Positions 1-9,750 are shown, counted from the first letter of the stretch. The stretch: 64,000 bases of DNA from Candidatus Micrarchaeia archaeon (GCA_041659465.1 JBAZYD010000002.1:30253-94252); one strand, 5' to 3'. Made by a program: numbers and translations. Notes: a model not told the origin generated them from the sequence alone.

Positions 1-11
1 CATGTACAATA

Positions 12-740
12 GTGGTTATAGGTGTATATTTGTATATTAGCTCATTTGCTCGACAGGCCCAAAAATGCCTGGCCCTGGATTCCACTGCCGCCTTCAGCAA
101 GAGCGCTTCTGCAATGATTGGAGCGGAATCCGCGCAAAATGCAATGCGCCTCACTTTGCAGGCTAGGGGGCTTTTTGGCAATTCCAGCCACACGGCAGCC
201 AATCCTTCATTTGCCAGGAATCCGGAAAACAACGAACAAGCGCGCCATGCCTGCCTTGATGCGCTTAATGCCTGGCTGAAGCTGTTTCCTGTTCTTCAGG
301 GGGGTCCAGAATACCTCAAAGCCAACCTTGCCATAGCCGAGCTTTATTCAAAGTGCGCCATGCTTTTCTTCCGGGAATTCGTGCAAGCTGCCCAATTGGA
401 AACAAAAAAGTTCGAGGGGCTTTCTTTCTTCGAGAAAAAGAAGGCGCTTTGGTGGCTTGCCCTGAAATTCAAGTTCTACGAGCAGGCTTTAACTCATACT
501 CTTTTGGCAAGAGACTGCAAGCAGCAGGAAGGGCTGCACATGCTTGCCGAGCAATCGCTTGACGACCGCACCATGTGGGCATATGAAAACGCGCATCAAA
601 GCGCGCGCGCCTTGCATCAGTACAGCGATGGGGTCATTGGCGAGAAAGCCAGGGGAGTCATTTGGGGCAAAAATACCGCATATAAGGATGAAATGCACGT
701 GTACGAACTCAAGGTAAGGCAAATGAGCGGGCGGGGCTAG
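12..740 (+). CDS. hypothetical alpha-helical protein (start uncertain)
   Basis: Longest ORF here. An in-frame stop at 9-11 places the start inside the window (GTG at 12 or an internal ATG). No motif recognised. Confidence 0.4.
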   Translation: MVIGVYLYISSFARQAQKCLALDSTAAFSKSASAMIGAESAQNAMRLTLQARGLFGNSSHTAANPSFARNPENNEQARHACLDALNAWLKLFPVLQGGPEYLKANLAIAELYSKCAMLFFREFVQAAQLETKKFEGLSFFEKKKALWWLALKFKFYEQALTHTLLARDCKQQEGLHMLAEQSLDDRTMWAYENAHQSARALHQYSDGVIGEKARGVIWGKNTAYKDEMHVYELKVRQMSGRG

Positions 741-1978
741 AACTCCGAAAGCGTCTTCTGCCCGACTTCGCGCTCTTTTTCTTCCTTGTCGAAAATTATT
801 ATGTGCCCGTACTCGCCGTCAAAGCCCGCCACTTTCTTCACCTTGCCTTCTTCCACGCGCCTTATAGCCTCTGCCGCCCGCTCGCCAGCCACTTTCTTCA
901 GGCGCGCGGGGGGAGCGTGCAGCACGGCAAACTCGTTCCCGAAAGCGCGCACGAGCTTGAAGTATTCCTCGTCCACCGCCTTGCTTGCTGCAGGCTTTCC
1001 CATTGCCTCTCCCAGCACTTCCTTCAGGGGCACCAATGACTCGAATGGCGCTGCGCCTTTTGGCTTGAAGCCGTCCGGCCTGTCGGCAAGCGCATCCACC
1101 CTGTTCATCACGCCAATGGTAAGCGGGCGCTTGCAGACAGGGCAAATCCCGTTGTGCTTCTTTGTTTCCTCGGGCGCCATGCTCACCTTGCACAGCCTGT
1201 GCCCGTCATAGTGGTACTTCCCCTCCTCTGGGTAGAATTCATAGGTGCACCCAAGCTTCCCCTTTTCCTTGTGCCTTATTGCCTCGTACATTTCCTCATA
1301 AGTAAGGTGGTCAAGGTCAAACACGTTCGCCTCCCTGCCAATTTTTTCAGGAGAGTGCGAGTCCGAGTTTGAAAGCAGCTGCACCCTGTCCAACTCTGAC
1401 AGGCGCCAGTTCATGGCAGGGTCGGATGACAAGCCCGTTTCAACTGCATAAATATCTCGCGCCTTTTCGCCAAAGCACTCTTTCAAGGAATCAAATCCCG
1501 ACATGGAGCCGAAAACAGAAAACCACGGCGTCCAGATGTGCGCGGGAATCACGAGGTTCTTGTCCGAAATGCCGTGCACGATATCCACAAGCTCAATCGC
1601 GCTTGCGCCTATTATGGGGCGCCCGTCCGACTTTAAATTATATTTTTTGCCAAGCGCCTCGTTTATCTGCGCCACTATCTCAAGCGAGGGCGAAAGCACC
1701 ACGATGTGCACGCGCCTTCCCCTGCCTCCTTGCGTGTATATGCAGGAAATCTCGGATGACAGGCAAAAGTTCACGCCGCCATGCTGCAGGAAGCCGGAGT
1801 CGGACTCGATAGCCTTCTTCTGCAGCTCCTTGTACCATTCAGGGTGCGTGAAGTCGCCAGTTCCCACTATGTCAATGCCCTTTATCTTTGCCCACTTGGA
1901 AAGCGTCTCCAGCTCCATGCCCGGCGACGTCGCGCGCGAGTGCTTGGAGTGGATGTGCAAATCAGCGACTGCCTTCAT
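737..1978 (-). CDS. endoQ: endonuclease Q-like PHP-domain nuclease with Zn ribbon
   Basis: Motifs DLHIHSKHS, GTGD, PAHIWTPW, LSNSDSHSP..IGRE, GKYH, CPVCKRPL and C-terminal GFDGEYG match my memory of the archaeal EndoQ family. Start moved to the ATG giving MKAVADLHIHS; the track's TTG at 2026 is only about 1 nt from its SD. Confidence 0.75.
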   Translation of the reverse strand: MKAVADLHIHSKHSRATSPGMELETLSKWAKIKGIDIVGTGDFTHPEWYKELQKKAIESDSGFLQHGGVNFCLSSEISCIYTQGGRGRRVHIVVLSPSLEIVAQINEALGKKYNLKSDGRPIIGASAIELVDIVHGISDKNLVIPAHIWTPWFSVFGSMSGFDSLKECFGEKARDIYAVETGLSSDPAMNWRLSELDRVQLLSNSDSHSPEKIGREANVFDLDHLTYEEMYEAIRHKEKGKLGCTYEFYPEEGKYHYDGHRLCKVSMAPEETKKHNGICPVCKRPLTIGVMNRVDALADRPDGFKPKGAAPFESLVPLKEVLGEAMGKPAASKAVDEEYFKLVRAFGNEFAVLHAPPARLKKVAGERAAEAIRRVEEGKVKKVAGFDGEYGHIIIFDKEEKEREVGQKTLSEF

Positions 1979-2004
1979 GCCATACAACCCGCCTATCCTG
2001 CCCT

Positions 2005-2700
2005 TCAGCGCGAGAGATTGATGCAATCCTCCCTTGTTTCTGCGTCATATATCAAGCTGCAAAGCGATGCATTTTTTGAATCACGCGCAACACTCCAATA
2101 GCAGTAGTCAACATTCCAGTCGCAGTTGGCAACTGAGCGGTTGCACCATAGTTGCGTGCAAAGCGACGGGTCCTTCGTGCTGCTGGCATACGATATGTAG
2201 CACACATCCCTGCCGCTTGCGTAGTCGTAACCTGGCTGCGGGCTCAGCCTGTTGCAGATTGAAACATTGCCCTTTTCAATGGAAATATTCGATATGCACT
2301 CGAACATGTAACCAGACATCAGGTCGCATAGGCTTTCATTCTGCCTGGCCTCCGCGACATACTCGATACAGCCGTCGCGAAGGCTTGCATCCGAAATCAG
2401 CAGGCAAGTCCCCATGTCCTCCTTTGCCCTGCCCATGCAGTAGTTCCTCCTGTCTGCCCCCGGGATTTTGCTGCAAAATCCGGAATCCCCCGTGTCCAAG
2501 TACTTTGCAAGATAGCAGATATCCGTCTTCAGAGTCGAATTTCCCTTGTATTTCAGGCATTCATCGGAAGGCGGCTGCGGCGCCTGCGCAGGGGGCGTTT
2601 GTTTGCTGCCCCCCTCCTGCGGGCTTGCCTGCCCGGCACAGCCAAACGCAAGGATGGCAATTGTGAACAATGCCGGCATAAGCAAACGTGAAATAGCCAT
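2005..2700 (-). CDS. secreted Cys-rich protein with lipobox-like signal peptide
   Basis: N-terminus MAISRLLMPALFTIAILAFGCAG. Many spaced Cys in the mature part. GGGAGGA SD about 5 nt upstream of the ATG. Confidence 0.55.
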   Translation of the reverse strand: MAISRLLMPALFTIAILAFGCAGQASPQEGGSKQTPPAQAPQPPSDECLKYKGNSTLKTDICYLAKYLDTGDSGFCSKIPGADRRNYCMGRAKEDMGTCLLISDASLRDGCIEYVAEARQNESLCDLMSGYMFECISNISIEKGNVSICNRLSPQPGYDYASGRDVCYISYASSTKDPSLCTQLWCNRSVANCDWNVDYCYWSVARDSKNASLCSLIYDAETREDCINLSR

Positions 2701-2763
2701 TGTGTTCCTCCCATTAGGAATTGGCAGGCTGGAATTAAAAAACTCCCTGCCGCTTTACCATCC

Positions 2764-3183
2764 ATGAAGATAAGGAAGATAACGCGCGCGGACCTGCCGG
2801 CGCTTACCCGCCTTTGCAAGCAGGTTTTCCCTGAGCTTGAGACTCGGCAGATGGGGGTCGCGCTTGCGCACGCGTTTGCCAACCGGGTTGCCGGGGCGTG
2901 CCTTGTGGCAGAGGAAAGCGGCAAACCGATTGGCGCAGTTTTCGGGCAGAAAAAAATCACATACTATCCCAATTCAGCTTATGTCGAAGTGGTTTTTATC
3001 TCAAAAGAGCATCGTGGCAAGGGCATCGGCAAGGCGCTCTTGGCAGCAAGCCTTGCTGCGATGAAAAGGAAAGGCATATCCAACGTTTCAATCACGGTTG
3101 ACGGGGGAAACAAAAAAGCGCGCTCGCTTTACAAAAAAGCCGGCTTCAGGCCCTTCAGGCTGATGCTTCTGAGGAGATTCTGA
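2764..3183 (+). CDS. GNAT family N-acetyltransferase
   Basis: Acetyl-CoA binding motif HRGKGIGKALL plus ARSLYKKAGF; size typical of the family. Confidence 0.8.
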   Translation: MKIRKITRADLPALTRLCKQVFPELETRQMGVALAHAFANRVAGACLVAEESGKPIGAVFGQKKITYYPNSAYVEVVFISKEHRGKGIGKALLAASLAAMKRKGISNVSITVDGGNKKARSLYKKAGFRPFRLMLLRRF

Positions 3184-4280
3184 TGGCACTCACCAACATC
3201 TTCCGCACACCGCGCGGAGAAAACAAGATATTCCGTGATGAGAACGCGCTTTTGCCAGATTACCTGCCGGGCGAGTTGCCTGGGCGCGAGCACGAGGTGA
3301 AGGAGCTGGTCTACTGCCTGCAGCCTGCCTCTGAAAACCGCCAGCCAGAGCATGCGCTGCTGTATGGGCCTCCGGGCACAGGCAAGACAACCTGCGCGCG
3401 CTACGTTCTCAAGCAATTGTCAGAATATTCCGCGCGCCCGCTTCCCATCTACATAAACTGCTGGGAATCGCCAAGCCGCTTTTCCATACTTTCCGCGATT
3501 GCAACCGAGCTTGGCGAAATGCTTCCCCGCAGGGGAATCGCAGCAGACGAAATTCTTGCGCGCGTGTTTGAGATTGCAAAGAAGGACGAGCGCATCCCCA
3601 TCGTGGTGCTGGACGAGGCCGACAGGCTGGAGGCATCTGACGACGGGGTGCAGATACTCTATGACCTGTGCCGCGCAGGTGAAATCCATTCGTTGAAAAC
3701 TGCGGTAATTGCAATTACAAACGACGAGGAATTCCACACCCGGCTTGACGCGCGCGTGCGCTCATCCTTTGTGCAGCATGCTTACAAATTCGCGGCCTAC
3801 TCTGTGCCGCAGCTGAAAGAAATACTGCAGCAGCGCGCTTCCAAGGCATTTTTCGAAGGCGCGCTTGATGTTGAAGTGGTGCCCCTTTGCGCAGCAGTTG
3901 CAGTGAAGCGCGGCGGAGATTGTAGAATCGCCTTTGCACTGCTTCGCGCGGCAGGAAAGGCGGCTGAGCGGGAGAACGCCGCGCGCGTGGAAGTGAAGCA
4001 TGTACGCGCCACGCAGGATGAGGCGCTGGCAGCTTCCGGCAGCAAAGTGGAGCGAAAGCTTCCCACACTTGACGAATTGGACCAGAAAATAGTGGAAAAA
4101 GTGCGCGCGGCAGGGGACGCGGGGATGGAAAGCGGCAAGCTTTACGCAGCACTTAGCAGGGTGTCTGGCGACCGCGCGCTTAGGCAGCGCGTGGACAGGC
4201 TGGAGAAAATCGGCATATTGGCGGTAGAAGCCGTGCAAAGCGGGCAGGGGCGGAGCAGATTAATCCGGATGAAGAGCTAA
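3183..4280 (+). CDS. cdc6: Orc1/Cdc6 replication initiator
   Basis: Walker A GPPGTGKTT, Walker B VVLDEAD, C-terminal winged helix. The ATG overlaps the GNAT stop (TGATG). Confidence 0.9.
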   Translation: MALTNIFRTPRGENKIFRDENALLPDYLPGELPGREHEVKELVYCLQPASENRQPEHALLYGPPGTGKTTCARYVLKQLSEYSARPLPIYINCWESPSRFSILSAIATELGEMLPRRGIAADEILARVFEIAKKDERIPIVVLDEADRLEASDDGVQILYDLCRAGEIHSLKTAVIAITNDEEFHTRLDARVRSSFVQHAYKFAAYSVPQLKEILQQRASKAFFEGALDVEVVPLCAAVAVKRGGDCRIAFALLRAAGKAAERENAARVEVKHVRATQDEALAASGSKVERKLPTLDELDQKIVEKVRAAGDAGMESGKLYAALSRVSGDRALRQRVDRLEKIGILAVEAVQSGQGRSRLIRMKS

Positions 4281-5506
4281 ACTGCTTTCTTAGCAGCCTC
4301 GTCGACTGTAAGCATTTCTTCCTTCCCAGACTCCAAGTCCCTCAGCGTCACTTTCCCTTCCTTTTTCTCGCGCTCGCCCACAACAGCAATGAACCGGCAG
4401 CAGCCTGCGGCATAGTCCATCTGCTTTTTCAGGTTGCGCGCGTTGAGGTCGGTTTGCGCCTCCACGCCTTGCGCGCGGAGCTTTCCAGCCACCTGGAGCG
4501 CGTAAGAATAGAACTCGTCTTTCACGGCTGCAACGAATACACCGCGCTTTTCAGGTGCGCGCGCTCCCATGAGCACCATGAGCCGCTCAAAGCCAAGCGA
4601 GATGCCCACTGCGCTGTCCGCCTGCCCATACATGGAAAGCAGGTTGTCATACCTCCCTCCGCCTGCCACGCTTCCCATTTCCTTTCCAAGTGTTATTTCA
4701 AATATCGCGCCTGTGTAATAATCCAGCCCGCGCACAAGCGACAAGTCGATTCTTACTTCATATTTGCCATACTCCTTCACAAGTGCCAGTATTTCCTTCA
4801 GGCTCTCCGCCCCCTCTTTTGAGTATTTTTCCGCAACTGACAGCGCCTCGGCATTTGTTTTGGCTGCCGTCAGGTCAGACAGGAGTTTTCTTGCATCCTT
4901 TTCCTTTGCGCCTGCAGCCACGAGCTGCTCAACGCAGGCAGCATCGCCTATCTTCTCGCGCTTGTCAAGTATCCGAAGCACAGTGCTTTCCTTGCCTGAA
5001 AGCAATGAGGCTGCAATTGCGGTTATTATGCGCCTGTCATTGAGAAGCACGGTGGCGCCAGAAAAGCCCAGCGCCTCGATGGCGGACACTGCGCACGCAA
5101 TGAGCTCAGCCTCAGCGCGAACTGTAGGGCAGCCTATGATATCCGCATCAGCCTGGTAGAACTCCCGGAACCTTCCCTTCTGCGGCTCCTCGCGGCGCCA
5201 CACGGGCGCAATGCAGTAGCGCTTGAAGGGCTTCTTGAAAGTGTTCAATGATGCCACGCGCGAAAGCGGCACGGTAAGGTCAAAGCGGAGCGCTGTTTTC
5301 CCGTCGTCCACCCTGAAAAGCTGGCCCTTTATCTCCTCCCCGCACTTCCTCTCCAGCACTTCCACGCTCTCAAGCGCAGGCGTGTCCATGGGAACAAAGC
5401 CGAACTTCCGGTAAGTGCGCTTGATGGCTTCGATTGCCGACTCGCGCTTTGCCGCCTCGTCAGGGAGAAAGTCCCTCATCCCCTTTGGTGCAGAGTAGTC
5501 GGCCAT
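4277..5506 (-). CDS. hisS: histidyl-tRNA synthetase
   Basis: Class II HisRS motifs (PKGMRDF, FRYCIAPVWRRE-like, GGGRYD, C-terminal anticodon-binding domain). Start placed at MADYSAPKGMRDF; the track ORF extends to 5542. Confidence 0.9.
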   Translation of the reverse strand: MADYSAPKGMRDFLPDEAAKRESAIEAIKRTYRKFGFVPMDTPALESVEVLERKCGEEIKGQLFRVDDGKTALRFDLTVPLSRVASLNTFKKPFKRYCIAPVWRREEPQKGRFREFYQADADIIGCPTVRAEAELIACAVSAIEALGFSGATVLLNDRRIITAIAASLLSGKESTVLRILDKREKIGDAACVEQLVAAGAKEKDARKLLSDLTAAKTNAEALSVAEKYSKEGAESLKEILALVKEYGKYEVRIDLSLVRGLDYYTGAIFEITLGKEMGSVAGGGRYDNLLSMYGQADSAVGISLGFERLMVLMGARAPEKRGVFVAAVKDEFYSYALQVAGKLRAQGVEAQTDLNARNLKKQMDYAAGCCRFIAVVGEREKKEGKVTLRDLESGKEEMLTVDEAAKKAV

Positions 5507-5514
5507 TTTCCCAC

Positions 5515-5844
5515 TTATCCCTTCAGGCTTGCGCCAATCCATTCCTTGAGCGCATCCTTGTTCGCAGCGCCCACGCGGTTGGCAACCACTTTCCCGTCCT
5601 TGAAAAGAAGCAGGGTGGGGATGGAGGCGACCTCGAATTTCTCGGACAGCTCAGGCTGCTCGTCCACGTTCACCTTGCCCACCTTAAGCGTGCCTTTCAT
5701 CTCGTCCGCCAAGACCTCGACAACAGGCCCGAGCATCCTGCACGGGCCGCACCACGGCGCCCAGAAGTCCACCAAGGTCGCGCCCTTTTTCACTTCGGAG
5801 TCGAAATTCGCGCCAGTCAGCGTAAGAACGTTTGCACCTGCCAT
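5515..5844 (-). CDS. trxA: thioredoxin
   Basis: WAPWCGPCRM active site. GGGAGGT SD before the internal ATG (MAGANVL). Confidence 0.9.
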   Translation of the reverse strand: MAGANVLTLTGANFDSEVKKGATLVDFWAPWCGPCRMLGPVVEVLADEMKGTLKVGKVNVDEQPELSEKFEVASIPTLLLFKDGKVVANRVGAANKDALKEWIGASLKG

Positions 5845-5954
5845 AAGATTACCTCCCATCTCCATTGCCTCAAAAGCAATTTAAATGCGACTACGTTGGC
5901 ATGATGTTTTAGCAAGAAAAAAGAAAAAAGACAGTAGTTGTGCCTGACATTTGC

Positions 5955-6578
5955 CTACATCTGGCCGTTCTTCGAGTAGAGGCCGGATCCAGCTTGGCCG
6001 CGTCTACACCATACCTCGTAGTGCCCATCAAGGCTAGCTTTTTCCAGGATTTTCCGGTTTATTCTCATCAATAGCCGCACCGCTTCTGCATAGTTCGGGG
6101 GGCCGTCCTTTACGTATCGAATGCAGCGGCCGATTAGGGCATCAATTTCCCCGAGTATGGCTTTGGATCTTTTACGGTCGTACTGTCTGACTTCGGAGCT
6201 TTCACGATGGTAATTGTGGCTGAACGATTCCCCCGCCTCTACCCAAACCTGGTCGTCAGTTCTGTCCACCATGTTTTCTTTGGCTAGTTTTTCCCAGATT
6301 TCCCTCGACTCGCTTCCGCCCTGTATTTGCCTCAACGCAATCCAGCGGCTTAAGTATTGGGTTGCACTGTAGGTTAGGAGCTGGGCAAGCCGCGCATCCG
6401 AGATAAGCTTCTCACGCTTCAGGAGCGGCAGTTTTCGGAACTCGCTTAACGTCATGGCGTCCAGCCTGCCCAATACGCCTCTCCGCTGCTTTGCCTTGGG
6501 AATTGCCGTTCCAGGCACGCGCGTCTCGATTTCTCGCCCCCAATGCTTTTCCCCATATCTCTTCATTTTTATTCCCAT
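5955..6578 (-). CDS. hypothetical protein, paralogue A (N-terminal TRVPG..LG.LD.M.L..F..LP.LK module)
   Basis: 26 of 46 N-terminal residues are identical to the ORF at 9031-9690; the rest is unrelated. GGGGGTG SD before the ATG (MGIKMKRY). Confidence 0.55.
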   Translation of the reverse strand: MGIKMKRYGEKHWGREIETRVPGTAIPKAKQRRGVLGRLDAMTLSEFRKLPLLKREKLISDARLAQLLTYSATQYLSRWIALRQIQGGSESREIWEKLAKENMVDRTDDQVWVEAGESFSHNYHRESSEVRQYDRKRSKAILGEIDALIGRCIRYVKDGPPNYAEAVRLLMRINRKILEKASLDGHYEVWCRRGQAGSGLYSKNGQM

Positions 6579-6903
6579 TTCAAACACCCCCTATTTTTTC
6601 ATTTGTCTTTGCTTGCGCTAACTTTCCGTCATGCCATTCTGCCATCGCACAAAGCCGAAGCTGCATTAGTTTCAGCCAGATGGCGCAAGAGGCTTGCGCA
6701 ATTTGCCAGTCACGCTCGCCAGTAACAGTTAGAAGAAAAAGATTTGCTCTGCCTGAGCGGCAGGCGGCGCGCTAATGATTCCCGGAACGGGCCACTTGGG
6801 CTTTTTTCGTTTCGCATTCATTTTCCGCACCTGTCATCCCCATTATGCCGGAGCGCCTTATTAATAGTGTGTAACGAAATGGACGAGTGGGGACTAGGGT
6901 TTA

Positions 6904-7347
6904 CTATGGCTTTTCAATCGTCCTGTAAGAAATCATGGTTATCGACTCCCCTATCCCCTTGTGCTTGCGCAGGTTCGCCACGACGATTTTGTTCAGCTCC
7001 TCCATGTCGCCAATCCTTGCTTTCAGCATGAGGTCAAAGTCGCCAGTCACCATGGCAACCTCGCACACTTGCGGTATTTTTGAGACGTATTCCAGAAGCT
7101 CGTTCTGGTCTGCCTGGTTCACCGCTTTCAGAAGCACGTATGCGGTGAGGGGCTTGCCCAGCTTGTCATGGTTCAGGCGAACCGTGTAGCCTTCTATTAT
7201 TCCCTGCTCGCGCATCTTTTTCGCGCGGTTGTGCACCGTGGTCATGGGTATGCCTGTCTTTTTCGCAATCTTCTGCTCAGACAGGCGCGAGTTCTGCCGC
7301 AGCATGCCCAATATCTGCAAATCCTTGTCATCAATTTTCTCAGACAT
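6904..7347 (-). CDS. lrp: Lrp/AsnC family transcriptional regulator
   Basis: N-terminal HTH (LSEQKIAKKTGIPMTTVHNRAKKM) plus C-terminal RAM domain. GGTGAT SD 4 nt upstream of the ATG at 7347. Confidence 0.85.
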   Translation of the reverse strand: MSEKIDDKDLQILGMLRQNSRLSEQKIAKKTGIPMTTVHNRAKKMREQGIIEGYTVRLNHDKLGKPLTAYVLLKAVNQADQNELLEYVSKIPQVCEVAMVTGDFDLMLKARIGDMEELNKIVVANLRKHKGIGESITMISYRTIEKP

Positions 7348-7444
7348 GGCAATCACCACTTATGGAGTATATGCTCCAATAATCTTTTAAAACAAGCAGT
7401 TTTTTGTGCATACACTGATTTTTTGGAAAAATAATTAAATAAAA
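7341..7444. repeat. promoter/operator module, copy A (lrp / radical-SAM divergent region)
   Basis: Aligns by eye with 9832-9937, including an identical 26-nt core TTTTTTGGAAAAATAATTAAATAAAA (7419-7444 and 9912-9937). Confidence 0.7.
7363..7378. promoter_or_regulatory. TGGAG-N6-CTCCA palindrome (candidate Lrp operator)
   Basis: TGGAGTATATGCTCCA lies just upstream of the lrp SD. The same half-sites and spacing recur at 9854-9869. Confidence 0.4.
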
Positions 7445-7484
7445 GCAATGCCACGAAAAAGCCGTGGAAAATGGAGGTGTAAGG

Positions 7485-8945
7485 ATGTTCATCAAAACAG
7501 CAAAAGCATTCGAAGGCAACGCAGCGCGCGCTGCGCGTCTGGGGCTTAAGGAAGCGCCCACGCTGCGCGGGAATTTCTTCACGCGGCAGGCGTGCCTGGA
7601 GAACCTTGCGGAAAACATGGCGCGCACTGGCAAAGGCGAGCCGCCTCGCTTCCTGCAGATGTGGCTTGAGACCAAGGACGAGTGCAACCTCAAGTGCCCC
7701 ATGTGCTTCACAGCCGCTGCCGGCGCTTTTGGCAGGGCGAAAAACGAGTTTCTTGAATGGGAGCGCGCGCTTAGGGCGGGCAAGGCCGCAGGCATTGGCA
7801 TGGTGGGCATAGCCGGCTGCGGAGAGCCCCTGCTTGACCCAGCATTCCCGCAGCTTGCAAAGGCGGTGAAAGGCAACGGGCTTGACCTGGTTCTGTTCAC
7901 CAACGGCACAAAACTTACAAAGGACAACATCGCGCTCCTGCGCGAGAACTGCGCGGCTGTCGTCACCAAGCTTTTCGCGCTCGAGCCTGCGGCGCATGAC
8001 GTCCTTGTGGGCGTGAAGGGCGAGTATGTGAGGACACGGCGCGCGCTTGCCGACCTGCTCGATGCAGGCTTTAGGGAGCCCAACCTTGCAATCGACGTGG
8101 TGGTGGCAAAGCAGAACAGGGGCGAGCTTGCCACCCTTCTCCGCATGTGCAGGATGCTGGAGGTAATCCCGTATTTTGAAAGGATGGCAATCGAGGGCAA
8201 GGCGAAAAAGCTCAATGGCAGCATGGTGCTTGCGCAGGACGAGGCCGATGCGGCATTCGAGGAGCTGCGGCAGATAGACGAAAAGGAATTCAGCTATACG
8301 TGGGCGCTCACGCCTGGCATGCCTGTGCTTGCGCACGCAGAGACCGACAAGCGCACGGTTGCCTTCCTGCAGGATGCGTTTGGCAATGTCCACCCTGGCG
8401 ACACGCTTGACAAGGTGATGGGCAATATCCGCAACACCGAGGGCGGGATAAATGAAATATTGGGCAATGCTGCTGCGTGGAATGCATATTACAATGAAGT
8501 GGCGCAGGAAGTCGGGCTTGAAAAAGGAAAGGCTGCAAATGAAATGGATGAAGCCGCAAAAATCAATGAAATGACAACGGTGATGAGGCAGACCGCATTC
8601 AACGCGGCAATGGGCATGACGAGCGGAGGGCAGCATGTCCACGAGCACCCTGCGCCAGATGTCAACGGGGGCTTCAAATTGATGGATTTTGCCTTTTGGA
8701 CAACCGAAATAGAAGGGGCGGTAGCGCGCGATGGCAACTACGCAGCCATCCTGCGCACCGTGCACGAGCCTGTGGGCGAGGCGTGCGTGAACTTCCACCT
8801 CAAGCTTTTCAAGGTAATGCCTGACGGGAAAACCGAGCTTCTGCGCCACGACATCCGCCTGAACGACTTTGAGGGCAAGAGGATTGCCGCGGTGGACGGG
8901 GAAGGCATCGCTGTTGACTTTTTCGGCGAGAGGGTGGTGGTGTGA
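7485..8945 (+). CDS. radical SAM enzyme with Cys-poor C-terminal extension, unknown specificity
   Basis: CNLKCPMC (CX3CX2C) cluster motif and a GCGEPLL glycine-rich SAM motif. No Cys-rich SPASM-type tail visible. GGAGGTG SD 5 nt before the ATG at 7485. Confidence 0.8.
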   Translation: MFIKTAKAFEGNAARAARLGLKEAPTLRGNFFTRQACLENLAENMARTGKGEPPRFLQMWLETKDECNLKCPMCFTAAAGAFGRAKNEFLEWERALRAGKAAGIGMVGIAGCGEPLLDPAFPQLAKAVKGNGLDLVLFTNGTKLTKDNIALLRENCAAVVTKLFALEPAAHDVLVGVKGEYVRTRRALADLLDAGFREPNLAIDVVVAKQNRGELATLLRMCRMLEVIPYFERMAIEGKAKKLNGSMVLAQDEADAAFEELRQIDEKEFSYTWALTPGMPVLAHAETDKRTVAFLQDAFGNVHPGDTLDKVMGNIRNTEGGINEILGNAAAWNAYYNEVAQEVGLEKGKAANEMDEAAKINEMTTVMRQTAFNAAMGMTSGGQHVHEHPAPDVNGGFKLMDFAFWTTEIEGAVARDGNYAAILRTVHEPVGEACVNFHLKLFKVMPDGKTELLRHDIRLNDFEGKRIAAVDGEGIAVDFFGERVVV

Positions 8946-9030
8946 GTAAAGTTACATAGGTTTATTATGCGTTATATTTAGAAGTTAAACGTGGCGATTA
9001 ACGCTAGTGTGAAAAATAGAGGTAGTTGAA

Positions 9031-9690
9031 ATGGCATTGATAACAAAGAATGGCGAAGACACGCGTGTGCCGGGCAAGGCACTTCCAAAGGCGCTGCGAA
9101 GGGATGGCGCACTTGGGAAGCTGGACGGCATGGCGCTAAACAAATTCAAAAGGCTCCCGATGCTTAAGCAGGGGGGCCTGCTTGAAGATGCGCGGAATGA
9201 GAAATACGCCCGCATCACATCTCTCATAGCCCGGGTAAAGGATGAGAGCTATGGGAATTTTCAAAACAGATGGGATGCCGTGCCGCTGCTTCTGGCAGAG
9301 GTGCCTGGAAAGCCAAGGCGCGTGCAGAAAGCAATCCTTGCTGCCTTGGCGCCAGTCCTCCTGATAGAAGGCGGAAAATACCGCTGCTTGAAGGCATTCT
9401 ACAAGGTCAAGGGCGATATTCTCGCCGGGCTTCACGGCATCATGGAAAACGACCCCCTGCCAATGAACAAGCGGTTCGCCATAGTCGCCATTGGCAAAAT
9501 TGCGGACTGCGCGTCATACCCGCACATCCTCAAAACAATGAAAATCCACGGGATGAGGGAAGATGTTTACAAATCTTTGGTGGATGTGGTGCCTGTCATT
9601 GCTTTTAGATACATCAACGCCGGCCCGGAATCTACAAAACTTCATGAAGACGCGTGGGGCAAAGCCATCAAGGAAGCAGGCACTGTCTGA
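9031..9690 (+). CDS. hypothetical protein, paralogue B (same N-terminal module; HEAT-like C-terminal part)
   Basis: N-terminus TRVPGKALPKALRRDGALGKLDGMALNKFKRLPMLK matches the ORF at 5955-6578. GAGGTAG SD upstream. Confidence 0.55.
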   Translation: MALITKNGEDTRVPGKALPKALRRDGALGKLDGMALNKFKRLPMLKQGGLLEDARNEKYARITSLIARVKDESYGNFQNRWDAVPLLLAEVPGKPRRVQKAILAALAPVLLIEGGKYRCLKAFYKVKGDILAGLHGIMENDPLPMNKRFAIVAIGKIADCASYPHILKTMKIHGMREDVYKSLVDVVPVIAFRYINAGPESTKLHEDAWGKAIKEAGTV

Positions 9691-9750
9691 CGCCGGGATT
9701 CCAGCACCCGAGTGCGGTTGTCTGCCCTCAAACGCAGAGCGGCAGCAGCC

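Noticed and set aside
2701-4280. Replication origin next to orc1/cdc6
   Set aside because: Origins often flank orc1. Here the gene is packed between a GNAT gene (overlapping start) and convergent hisS. The only nearby gap (2701-2763) is 63 bp with no ORB-like inverted repeats or AT-rich unwinding element.
6588-6903. Hidden gene or known ncRNA in the 316-bp gap downstream of lrp
   Set aside because: Only ORFs of about 20-30 aa without SD sites, plus two short hairpins. I could not fold it into any RNA family I know, so it is mentioned only as context in the radical SAM cassette finding.
7340-8849. Very long minus-strand ORFs (498 aa and 294 aa) opposite the radical SAM gene
   Set aside because: They are antisense shadows of a GC-rich gene. 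The translations are Arg/Ala/His/Leu-rich with no motifs, whereas the plus strand carries a clean CX3CX2C radical SAM domain with an SD-led start.
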